A stretch of DNA of 64,000 nt from Deltaproteobacteria bacterium (lineage in GTDB: Bacteria > Desulfobacterota_D > UBA1144 > Nemesobacterales > CSP1-2). Below the pieces are notes generated by a model. It searched no databases, was not told where the DNA came from, and saw nothing but the letters and a program-made list of their open reading frames with translations. How positions within the stretch are numbered: the stretch's first letter is position 1; each line of letters begins with the position of its first letter. Shown piece by piece: positions 39,744 to 48,376 of the stretch. Location of the stretch: contig JBQTHB010000007.1 of the NCBI GenBank assembly GCA_052390235.1, positions 77,185 to 141,184 on the forward strand, written 5' to 3'. The translations under genes and the position numbers were made by a program.

Positions 39744-40804
39744 GACACCTCAAATAAAATAAACTCCGAGCTAAACCCAGGGCCCAGAGCCGAAATCAAG
39801 CCCAAATCCCCCCCTTCATACTCCCCAGAATCCAGAAACTCCCTCAAAACATAAAGCACCGTGGGCGATGACATATTCCCGCGGCGCGAAAGCACCTGCC
39901 TCGAATGCCTCATCGCCGCTAAGCGCAGCCCCAGCGACTCCTCATAGGCGGCTATAACCTTAGGGCCTCCCGGGTGAATAACGAAATGCTCAATTTGAGA
40001 CATCTGCAACCCATGGAGCAATAAAAAGCCAAGAGCGGTGTCTCTGGCATATCTGCGCACAATATCGGGAATATCCCTGCTGAAAATAACCTTAAAACCA
40101 TCATCGGCAATCTCCCATCCCATCACGTCAAGCGAATTGGGATATATCGTGGAGAGGGCATCCCGAAGCAGAGCGCCGCGATTTTGGTGGAGTCTATTCT
40201 GCCCCCCCGCTACGAGAGCCGCCGCCGCCCCATCGGCAAAAAGAGCAGTCGCAACCAAATTGCTCTTAGAGATGTCGTCCTTATGAAAAGCCATACCGCA
40301 AATCTCAAGGGCTATCACTAGGGCGGCACTCTGGGGATATGCTGAGACGTACTCAAAAGCGCGTGTAAGACCCACTGCCCCGCCCACGCAGCCAAGCCCC
40401 CAAATGGGGGTGCGCTTTATATTGGCGCGCAGTTTTAGATGATTGATAATGTGCGCATCAACGCTAGGAGTTGCGATTCCAGTGCTGGAGACAAATATCA
40501 GATGGTCAATATCGGACAATTGCCCACCAGCAGCTTCAACGCACCTGACCGCCGCCTCGGCAGAGAACTTCACCGCGCTTTTAATATAGGATTCGTTTCT
40601 CTCTCTGAAGCCGCGCGGTTTTGCAAACCATTCAGGCGGCTCGGCAAAGTAACGTGTCGCAATACCTGAGGAATCAAAAACCCCGATAATTCTCTCTATA
40701 TGGCTTGGGTAATCAGAGAAAAGAGAGCGTATAAACTCCTTTGCTTCCGACTGCGAGATTTGATACGGAATATCCGCAATGCCTACCGAGACTATTTTTG
40801 CCAT
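39740..40804 (-). CDS. Type III polyketide synthase (BpsA/SrsA-like)
   Basis: WGLGCVGG (Cys), HPGG (His), GNMSS (Asn), ALFADG, LGPGF. Confidence 0.92.
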   Translation of the reverse strand: MAKIVSVGIADIPYQISQSEAKEFIRSLFSDYPSHIERIIGVFDSSGIATRYFAEPPEWFAKPRGFRERNESYIKSAVKFSAEAAVRCVEAAGGQLSDIDHLIFVSSTGIATPSVDAHIINHLKLRANIKRTPIWGLGCVGGAVGLTRAFEYVSAYPQSAALVIALEICGMAFHKDDISKSNLVATALFADGAAAALVAGGQNRLHQNRGALLRDALSTIYPNSLDVMGWEIADDGFKVIFSRDIPDIVRRYARDTALGFLLLHGLQMSQIEHFVIHPGGPKVIAAYEESLGLRLAAMRHSRQVLSRRGNMSSPTVLYVLREFLDSGEYEGGDLGLISALGPGFSSEFILFEVS

Positions 40805-40964
40805 TGATGTTGGGGTAACCGCTCCAGAGAGAGTCTATATGCTAAGCGCATGGATTGCCACAGGGATTTTCATCTGCTCGCGGTTATGATGAATTTCTGT
40901 TGTTAACGTTTCATTATGCTGTAAAATGTATTTCCGTAATTTTAACTCAGGAGGCAAAAATCAC

Positions 40965-42434
40965 GTGGAATTCAAATTGAGCGCTGGAGACATATCAAAA
41001 ACAAAATGCGCGTTGGCGGTTGTAAGCGGCTTTGAGGGAGAAGGGTTATCAGGAGCGGCAAAACAAATAGACGAGGCTATGGAAGGGGCATTGGCAGGGG
41101 TCGCTCAGGATGAGAAATTCACTGGAGAATTCGGGAAATTCGTCGAAATTTACACGCTTGGGAAAGCCGCGCCGGAGAGGGTTTTATACATAGGTATCGG
41201 AAAAAGGGGGAGTTTATCGGCAGACGCGCTCAGAAAAATCGGAATTACGGCGGCAAAGCGAGCCAAAGGACTTTCGGGCAGCATCGCCTTCGGCATTGAG
41301 ACGGAAGGCAAAAAAGGACTCGCATCGGCCCTCATCGAGGGGATGATCCTTGGGAGCTACGATTTCGATAAATATAAAACCGGAGCGAAAAAAGACGCCG
41401 GCTTAAGAGAGATAGAGATATTCGAGGGCGCGCTCAGCGATAGAGCCTTTCAAGAGGAGCTTAAATATGCCAAAGCCATATCGGATGCCACGAACTTCGC
41501 GAGGGATTTGGTCAACGAGCCGCCGGTCGTGGTAACCCCTACAAAACTCGCTCAGACCGCCATTGAGGTCGCCGCCGATGGCAATCTTAAGTGCGAGATA
41601 TTTGACGCAAAACAGATGCTCGAACTCGGCATGGGCGGGTTAATTGCCGTATCGCTCGGAAGCCTAGAGCCTCCTAAATTCATACACCTCACCTATGAGC
41701 CTGCGCGTAAGGCAAAAAAAACCGTTGCTGTCATAGGCAAGGGTATCACCTTTGACACCGGCGGGCTTTGCATAAAGCCCAGAGAGAGCATGAAGACGAT
41801 GAAAATGGATATGGCGGGGGCGGCTTGCGTTCTGGGGGTGATGAAAGCAATATCAAAGCTCAATCCGTCTGTGAGGGTTCATGGGCTGATTTCCGCCACG
41901 GAAAATATGCCAGGCGGCAGAGCCTATAAGCCAGACGATGTGATTTACGCCCTCAATGGGAAGACAATAGAGGTCATTGACACCGACGCCGAGGGGCGAA
42001 TCGTGCTTGCAGATGCCCTTTCCTACGCGGTGAGGCTTGGGGCTGAGGAGATGGTTGACCTCGCCACTCTGACCGGAGCGTGTATGGTGGCGCTGGGGAG
42101 CTACACGGCGGGGATTATGGGAAACAGCGAGAAATTAATTGACAAAGTGCTGAAAGCCGCCAAGGGAGCGGGGGAGAAAGTATGGCAGCTCCCCATGGAC
42201 GACGAACTGCGCAAGGAGATTGAGAGCGATGTGGCAGATGTGAAAAACGTGGGTAGCAGGTTCGGAGGGGCTATTACGGCGGCTATGTTCCTCGAGAAAT
42301 TCGTATCGGACACCCCGTGGGCGCACCTAGACATCGCAGGGCCAGCATTTATTGAAAAGGGCGGCGAGTGGTATCCAAAGGGCGGAACGGGTTTCGGCGT
42401 GCGAACAATAGTGAAATATCTGCTCGACTCCTAA
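40965..42434 (+). CDS. pepA: Leucyl aminopeptidase (M17)
   Basis: GKGITFDTGG, MKMDMAGAA, TDAEGR, DLATLTGA, HLDIAG; AGGAGG RBS before GTG 40965. Confidence 0.95.
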   Translation: MEFKLSAGDISKTKCALAVVSGFEGEGLSGAAKQIDEAMEGALAGVAQDEKFTGEFGKFVEIYTLGKAAPERVLYIGIGKRGSLSADALRKIGITAAKRAKGLSGSIAFGIETEGKKGLASALIEGMILGSYDFDKYKTGAKKDAGLREIEIFEGALSDRAFQEELKYAKAISDATNFARDLVNEPPVVVTPTKLAQTAIEVAADGNLKCEIFDAKQMLELGMGGLIAVSLGSLEPPKFIHLTYEPARKAKKTVAVIGKGITFDTGGLCIKPRESMKTMKMDMAGAACVLGVMKAISKLNPSVRVHGLISATENMPGGRAYKPDDVIYALNGKTIEVIDTDAEGRIVLADALSYAVRLGAEEMVDLATLTGACMVALGSYTAGIMGNSEKLIDKVLKAAKGAGEKVWQLPMDDELRKEIESDVADVKNVGSRFGGAITAAMFLEKFVSDTPWAHLDIAGPAFIEKGGEWYPKGGTGFGVRTIVKYLLDS

Positions 42435-42456
42435 GCCTGCTACATAAATTAGCATT

Positions 42457-42534
42457 GACGACGATATAGCTCGCACTCTGCCGCCGCAGAGCAAACGCCC
42501 TAGATTCTCACTTGACGCGCTTGAAAATCTCGAT
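42457..42534 (+). repeat. Non-coding copy of phrB nt 162-239
   Basis: 71/78 identical, ungapped, intergenic between pepA and the hydrolase gene. Confidence 0.9.
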
Positions 42535-42537
42535 AAG

Positions 42538-42567
42538 CCCCTCTCTCTGGCAATCTAGGGAGGGGGG
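42538..42567 (+). terminator. Stem-loop between convergent pepA and hydrolase genes
   Basis: CCCCTCTCTCTGG-CAAT-CTAGGGAGGGGGG forms 13 pairs including G-U on the + strand. Confidence 0.55.
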
Positions 42568-42569
42568 AA

Positions 42570-43022
42570 TTAATAGAGCTTAAACTCTCTGTCGAGAACG
42601 AGATGGCTCAGGTAGCCAATGACAACGGGAATATAGTATTCGAGTCCGCCGAAGCCCAGTTCCGGCTTCATCATAGGGAGCAGCAGCAGCGGGGAAGGCA
42701 CTAAAAATGCCGCCCATATCGTGTGAGTCCACCCTCGGTGGTTGCCCACTATCGGCAGAAGGGCAAAAAATCCGAGCAACGCCGCCTCTCTATACCGCTC
42801 TGTGGCGAGAAAAAACCCGTCTATCAGTATAAACGCGCCGTAAAATATTTTCTGACCGAAGCTATTGGTATCCACATCGGGCCAGAGCGCCCCCAACGTA
42901 CAGAGCGCGAACCATATAACCATACTCGTCTCGGGCTGATAGGAGAAGAAAAACACCAGCGCCGCGATATAACCCGCGAAAGCCGCCGCCCCGCCTGCGA
43001 TGTGTCCTTTATAGAGGCTCAT
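42570..43022 (-). CDS. Membrane metal-dependent hydrolase (YdjM-like)
   Basis: KGH, GALWPDVD, HRGWTHT, GYLSHLVLD. Confidence 0.85.
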   Translation of the reverse strand: MSLYKGHIAGGAAAFAGYIAALVFFFSYQPETSMVIWFALCTLGALWPDVDTNSFGQKIFYGAFILIDGFFLATERYREAALLGFFALLPIVGNHRGWTHTIWAAFLVPSPLLLLPMMKPELGFGGLEYYIPVVIGYLSHLVLDREFKLY

Positions 43023-43054
43023 AGGAAAATATTACAGCAAAGCGCGCCCGAAAA

Positions 43055-43978
43055 CTATTCGGGAACGTAATCGAGCCATGCTGAGTATTTTTCATCCCTG
43101 CCCTTGATGATGTCGAAGAACTTTGTTTGGATTGTCTTTGTAATCTCGCCCGGCCTGCCGGAGCCTATTGCTCTGAGGTCAACCTCGCGTATAGGGGTGA
43201 TTTCAGCAGCGGTGCCGGTGAAGAAGGCTTCATCCGCAATATACAGCTCGTCCCTGGTGAAACGCTCGAACACGACTCGCATCCCCTCAGACTGGGCTAT
43301 TTCAACTGCCGTGTTGCGCGTGATTCCCTCCAAAATCGAGGTAAGCGGCGGGGTTTTTAGCACGCCCCCTCTGACGATAAATATATTCTCGCCGCTCCCC
43401 TCAGCAATATATCCGTCGGCGTCGAGCATTATCGCCTCATCGAAGCCCATTGCCGTAACCTCTAATTTCGCCAGAACGGAGTTGACGTAATTGCCGCAGA
43501 TTTTCGCCTTAGTCATGTGCGTATTGACGTGCATTCTGGTGTAGGACGAGATTTTGGTTCTTATCCCATTGTTCATGCCATCGTCGCCCAGATACGCGCC
43601 CCAACTCCAGACGGCTATTGCCACCCTGACGGGGTTATTCTTCGGATGCACGCCCATGACGCCATCGCCGATAAAGGCTATGGGTCTGACGTACCCCTCC
43701 TTCATGTTATTTGCCCTCAGTGTGTCGAAAACGGCTTGTTTGAGCCTCTCTTTAGTGAAGGGGATTTTCATCTGAGCGATGTGAGCCGAGGCGAAAAGTC
43801 GGTTGATGTGGTCGTTTAGTTTAAACACTGCGGCGCGCCCATCGTGGCACTTATAAGCCCTGATTCCCTCGAATACCCCAAGCCCGTAGTGAAGCGTGTG
43901 GGTGAGAACGTGAACCTTTGCCTCGTTCCACGGCACAATTTCGCCGTCGAACCATATTTTTGAGGGATTTTCGGACAT
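43055..43978 (-). CDS. ilvE: Branched-chain amino acid aminotransferase
   Basis: [45 protein letters not shown]. Confidence 0.95.
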   Translation of the reverse strand: MSENPSKIWFDGEIVPWNEAKVHVLTHTLHYGLGVFEGIRAYKCHDGRAAVFKLNDHINRLFASAHIAQMKIPFTKERLKQAVFDTLRANNMKEGYVRPIAFIGDGVMGVHPKNNPVRVAIAVWSWGAYLGDDGMNNGIRTKISSYTRMHVNTHMTKAKICGNYVNSVLAKLEVTAMGFDEAIMLDADGYIAEGSGENIFIVRGGVLKTPPLTSILEGITRNTAVEIAQSEGMRVVFERFTRDELYIADEAFFTGTAAEITPIREVDLRAIGSGRPGEITKTIQTKFFDIIKGRDEKYSAWLDYVPE

Positions 43979-44139
43979 TTATATCTCCTGAGCGGGAAAG
44001 TTATGGTAATTTTTAGGGATAAAATATTCCTTATTTTGCGAGACCTTGTCAAGAGCTTCGAGATTTGCCCGATTCCTTGACGAGGGGATTATATTTGGAA
44101 TACTATAGGTCGGGGCGCGCGCATCCAGGGGACGGTAAA

Positions 44140-44745
44140 TTGGCAGAGCAGATAGTAATAAAAAAATACAGTAATCGAAGGCTCTATGACACGGTTCATA
44201 AAAAATACGTAACCTTCGAGGAGATCTCCGCCCTCATCCGCGACGGAGCCGAGGTGAAGGTACTCGATTCCCAGACCGATGAGGACATCACAAAGCTCAT
44301 CCTCATTCAGGCAATTCTCGAAAGCGAGAAAAATAAGGTTGACATCCTCCCAGCGTCGTTCCTGCATATGCTCATTAAATACGGCAACAAAGTGGCGAAG
44401 GACTTTTTCGAGAATTACTTCCTCATGATGTTTCAGCCCTACGTCTCGATTCAGGAGAGTATGAAGCAAAACCTCAACCTGTGGCAGAATATAGGGATGC
44501 TGTCTTCGGCGCTGAAGTTTCCACAGGTGTCGCCTGTGATGAAAAACCCCTTTGAGGCGTTTCGAGGCGAAATGGAAGCCAGAGCAGAGACTGAAAAACA
44601 GTCCGAGCCGCCGCCCTCTACCCAGTTTATGGAAATCGAGTTTCTTAACCGCAGAATCAAAGAACTCGAAGACAAAATCAGCGCTATAAATCCACCGCCG
44701 CCCCGTCCGCCTAAAGCGCGATACAAATCCAAGAAGGCCGTTTAG
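44140..44745 (+). CDS. PhaR-like polyhydroxyalkanoate regulator (DNA-binding domain)
   Basis: IKKYSNRRLYDT..YVT..DITKLILIQAI; TTG 44140 preferred because a TTGACG/TACTAT promoter lies at 44077-44106. Confidence 0.85.
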   Translation: MAEQIVIKKYSNRRLYDTVHKKYVTFEEISALIRDGAEVKVLDSQTDEDITKLILIQAILESEKNKVDILPASFLHMLIKYGNKVAKDFFENYFLMMFQPYVSIQESMKQNLNLWQNIGMLSSALKFPQVSPVMKNPFEAFRGEMEARAETEKQSEPPPSTQFMEIEFLNRRIKELEDKISAINPPPPRPPKARYKSKKAV

Positions 44746-44823
44746 GTCGCTCCCGCCCCCACCGCCACGGTCCGAAGTCTGCTATTCGCCGACAAATGGC
44801 AATAACGCCAGTATCATGGTAAA

Positions 44824-46113
44824 TTGCTTGCTCCAATACAAATCCGAGAGAAGATAAATTTCTTGAAAAATCTACCGAACGTGCTTTTTATAAACCACTC
44901 CGTGAGGGACGGCGGGCCTGGGCGAAGCCTGTTTTATATACTCAAGTATCTGGACAGGGCTAAAGTATCCCCTTGGGTTCTCGTTCCCAAGCACGAGGTA
45001 TTCAGCGAATTAATCACTCAAGAGGGTCTCGGCGATAGAATTATAATCGAGCCAAAGTTCCCGGAGAATATCCTCCGCCCCAGATTTCCCGAGGCGTGGT
45101 TTTCCATAAAGTGGCTTGGGGGAGCGCTCAAAGCCCTCTCCGTTGCCCGAAATGTAGCCGATTTGATCCTCCTTGCCGCCCGCTCCACTTCGCTTATACG
45201 CCGCCGCGAGATAGACATAATTTACTGCAACGGCACTCTGGCTAAAATTCTCGGGGCGGCGCTTGGACTTATCAACAGCCGCCCCGTCATCTGGCACGTG
45301 CGAAATATCCAACAAGCGCGGGCGATGAAGTTCCTCATGCAACGCCTCGCCGCATTTGATTGCGTGAAGAAAATAATCTGCGTCTCCAACGCAACGGCGG
45401 CTCAATTCAAGACGGCAACGGATAAAATTGTCGTCATACACAACGGCGTCGAGCCGGACGACTTTAACCCCAGCAGAGCCGTGGGAAAACTCAGGGCTGA
45501 ATACCGCCTCTCGCCCGATACCGTTATCGTCGGAAGCGCCGGGAGAATCGTGCGGCGAAAGGGCTACGACCTGTTCATAGAAATGGCGCGGAAGGTCGCC
45601 TCCCAGATGGGTCAGGCATCGGCGGCGCGCGTGAAGTTCGTCGTTGTCGGCGATACGCCCCATTTCTTCGGCTACAACCACCTCGACACGCTCAAAGCCG
45701 AGGTGAAGAGGCTCGGACTTGAAAGCCATTTCATCTTCACGGGATACAGAAGGGACGTCGGCGAGTATCTCAAGGATTTCGATATTTTCGTAATCCCATC
45801 GAACTATCCCGACCCTTTCCCAAGGTCTGTGATTGAGGCGATGTCGTTTTCGCTTCCGGTTTTGGGATTTAAAGTGGGAGGGATTGTCGAAGCCGTCGCA
45901 GAGGGAGAAACGGGATTTTTAAGCCCCCCGGGGGATGTGTCGGGCTTGGCGGCATCCGCTCTGAGGCTCATTGGGGACGAGGCTACGCGAAGGGCAATGG
46001 GGGTTCTGGGCAGGGAGCGCGTGGAAAAGCTCTTTGCCGCGAAGGATAGAACCGGGGACGTAGAGCAGATAATCATCGGAGTTGCCCGCAGATATGCCAA
46101 TTCGCAAGGTTAG
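44824..46113 (+). CDS. Glycosyltransferase family 4
   Basis: VIHNGV, AGRIVRRKG, DPFPRSVIEAM, GETGFL; start uncertain. Confidence 0.85.
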   Translation: MLAPIQIREKINFLKNLPNVLFINHSVRDGGPGRSLFYILKYLDRAKVSPWVLVPKHEVFSELITQEGLGDRIIIEPKFPENILRPRFPEAWFSIKWLGGALKALSVARNVADLILLAARSTSLIRRREIDIIYCNGTLAKILGAALGLINSRPVIWHVRNIQQARAMKFLMQRLAAFDCVKKIICVSNATAAQFKTATDKIVVIHNGVEPDDFNPSRAVGKLRAEYRLSPDTVIVGSAGRIVRRKGYDLFIEMARKVASQMGQASAARVKFVVVGDTPHFFGYNHLDTLKAEVKRLGLESHFIFTGYRRDVGEYLKDFDIFVIPSNYPDPFPRSVIEAMSFSLPVLGFKVGGIVEAVAEGETGFLSPPGDVSGLAASALRLIGDEATRRAMGVLGRERVEKLFAAKDRTGDVEQIIIGVARRYANSQG

Positions 46114-46115
46114 TA

Positions 46116-46760
46116 TCAGGTTGCCTCTCTTTTAAATACTGAGCACAGCGCGCGAATCACGCTCCCCTCAGCCGCCGCTCGCTCAGCCGCCCCCCGCCTT
46201 AGCTTCTCAATCGAGGTCATGCGAACCCCGCGAATTCCACACGGCACTATCATATCAAAGTACGATAAATCCGTATTCACATTTAGCGCAAATCCGTGAT
46301 ACGTAACCCACCGCTTCACGCCGACGCCGATAGAGGCGATTTTCTCATCCCCCACCCACACGCCCGCAAGCCCGTCCGACCTGCTCGCCTCGATGCCAAA
46401 ATCCCTGAGGGCGAGGATTATCGCCGCCTCGAGGTTTCGCAGATACAGATGAACGTCGCGCCCGAAATTATTTAAATCGAAAATGCCGTAGCCCACGAGC
46501 TGTCCGGGCCCATGAAACGTAACGTCTCCCCCCCTGCTTACGGTCTCAAAGTGGACTCCCTCGCGGCGAAACTCATCCGGCGTCTTTTTGATATTCTCTG
46601 TCTTTCCCCCCCGCCCTGTAGTAAAAGTGGGGGGGTGTTCGAGCAGGATAAGGGCGTCTCCAACCTCGCCGTGTATCCGCTTATCGAGGAGAGATAATTG
46701 AAATTCGAGGGCCTCGCCATAGGGCACTTGCCCGAGGGAATAGATTTTAATGCAGTCCAT
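46116..46760 (-). CDS. lipB: Lipoyl(octanoyl) transferase
   Basis: LLEHPPTFT, RGGDVTFHGPGQ, KIASIG, HGFALNV, IVPCG. Confidence 0.95.
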   Translation of the reverse strand: MDCIKIYSLGQVPYGEALEFQLSLLDKRIHGEVGDALILLEHPPTFTTGRGGKTENIKKTPDEFRREGVHFETVSRGGDVTFHGPGQLVGYGIFDLNNFGRDVHLYLRNLEAAIILALRDFGIEASRSDGLAGVWVGDEKIASIGVGVKRWVTYHGFALNVNTDLSYFDMIVPCGIRGVRMTSIEKLRRGAAERAAAEGSVIRALCSVFKREAT

Positions 46761-46822
46761 TAGGGGGTGAATCGGAGCGGCTACGGGCCCGCCCCGCGCG
46801 GCCGCCCCGCGATTTTGCTATT

Positions 46823-48253
46823 TTAGAAATTCCTTGCCCGTCCCAGCGCCGCTAAAGCCGCCTCCATCACGCCCTCTGAGAGCGTCGGGTGCGCGTGAGA
46901 GGTTATGGCTATCTCAAGCGCGGTGGACTCCAGAGTTTTCGATACGGCTATCTCGCCGATAAGCTCGGTTGCGCCGTGTCCGATGATGTGCGCTCCGAGA
47001 ATTTCGCCCGTTTTAACGTCTGATAGGATTTTCACAAACCCGTCTGTGTCGCCCGTGCCTACGGCTTTCCCAATGGCGCGGAATGGGATTTTGCCGACGC
47101 TGTATTTAATGCCCCTGTCCTTCAGTTGCTCCTCGGTGTGTCCTACGGAGCCGATTTCAGGCTGGCAATAGACGCAGGCGGGGATGTTATCGTAGTGGAC
47201 TTTGCTTGCCATGCCGTGCATCCTCTCAACGGCGACAACCCCTTCGTCTGAGGCTTTGTGAGCGAGTAGCGGAGGCCCTATTATATCTCCAATTGCATAT
47301 ACGCCTGAGCAGGTGGTCATGTAATCTTCGTCAGTTTTAATGAATCCCTGAGGCGTAAGCTCGATTCCGAGGGATTTAAGCCCCATGTCGTCGGATTTAC
47401 CGTAGTAGCTAAGCGAGCTTGGGGCGGTGTTTGCCACTGCCCTCCTGCCGATAGCCACAAGTAGCTTTGACGCCTCGATTTTCATCTCCACTCCCGCCGC
47501 GTCCTCGAGCGTTACCTCGACCGAGTCCTTGCGTTTCGCTAGGGATTTATACCTTGTGCCGGTGAGGATGTTCATACCGGATTTCTTAAATAGCCTCTCA
47601 AGCTCTAGGGCGACCTCTCTGTCTGCTCCGGGGATGAGATTTTTTTCCATCTCAACTATAGTAACCTTGCTCCCGAACGAGTGATAGACGTAGGCGAATT
47701 CAGCCCCGATGTACCCTCCGCCGACGATGATGATTGATTTCGGAAAATCAGTTGACATTATCGCCTCGTCGCTCGTTAAGACGAGCTTGCCGTCAATCTC
47801 CATTCCCGGAAGCGCCCTCGGCACAGACCCCGTGGCAATGAGAATCCTCTCGCTCTCGACCTCGACCTCTCCCTTCTCGCCGGATACTCCGACCCGTCCC
47901 CTTGAGATGAGCTTTCCAATGCCTGAGAAGAGTGTGATTTTATTCTTCTTGAGTAGAAATTCGACTCCCTTGGTGAGAGTGGCGGAGGCTTTGCGGCTCT
48001 TCCCTATGACCTGGGAGTAGTCAAATGTGAGGTTGTCGGCTTTGATGCCGTAGTCGCCCGCGTGCTTGAATATCTCATATATCTCGGCGCATTTAAGTAT
48101 CGCTTTCGATGGGATGCAACCCCAGTTGAGGCAGACGCCCCCGGGTTTGTCCCGCTCGACGATGGCGACCTTCATTCCAAGCTGCGCCGCTCTGATGGCA
48201 GCAATATAACCGCCAGGTCCTGAACCGATGACTGTGAGATTAAATTTTTCCAT
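46823..48253 (-). CDS. lpdA: Dihydrolipoyl dehydrogenase
   Basis: GSGPGGY, GGVCLNWGCIPSK, LAHKA, HAHPTLSE. Confidence 0.95.
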   Translation of the reverse strand: MEKFNLTVIGSGPGGYIAAIRAAQLGMKVAIVERDKPGGVCLNWGCIPSKAILKCAEIYEIFKHAGDYGIKADNLTFDYSQVIGKSRKASATLTKGVEFLLKKNKITLFSGIGKLISRGRVGVSGEKGEVEVESERILIATGSVPRALPGMEIDGKLVLTSDEAIMSTDFPKSIIIVGGGYIGAEFAYVYHSFGSKVTIVEMEKNLIPGADREVALELERLFKKSGMNILTGTRYKSLAKRKDSVEVTLEDAAGVEMKIEASKLLVAIGRRAVANTAPSSLSYYGKSDDMGLKSLGIELTPQGFIKTDEDYMTTCSGVYAIGDIIGPPLLAHKASDEGVVAVERMHGMASKVHYDNIPACVYCQPEIGSVGHTEEQLKDRGIKYSVGKIPFRAIGKAVGTGDTDGFVKILSDVKTGEILGAHIIGHGATELIGEIAVSKTLESTALEIAITSHAHPTLSEGVMEAALAALGRARNF

Positions 48254-48376
48254 GAGACGGTATTATAACGGCACAATTTTATCGGTCAAATCATTGTTGA
48301 CTTGCCGCGCCGCTCAAATTAGAATTGGGTAGCGTTGCCTCTGCAGGAATTTAACTAGGCGGGAGGGACTCACCAT

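Noticed and set aside
42457..42534. phrB repeat pair as a diversity-generating retroelement TR/VR or a CRISPR spacer
   Set aside because: Mismatches are not adenine-specific, and no reverse transcriptase, flanking CRISPR repeats or cas genes are in the window
45010..45729. 239-aa antisense ORF and the many similar nested ORFs
   Set aside because: They lie within well-supported genes and show no motifs; expected shadow ORFs
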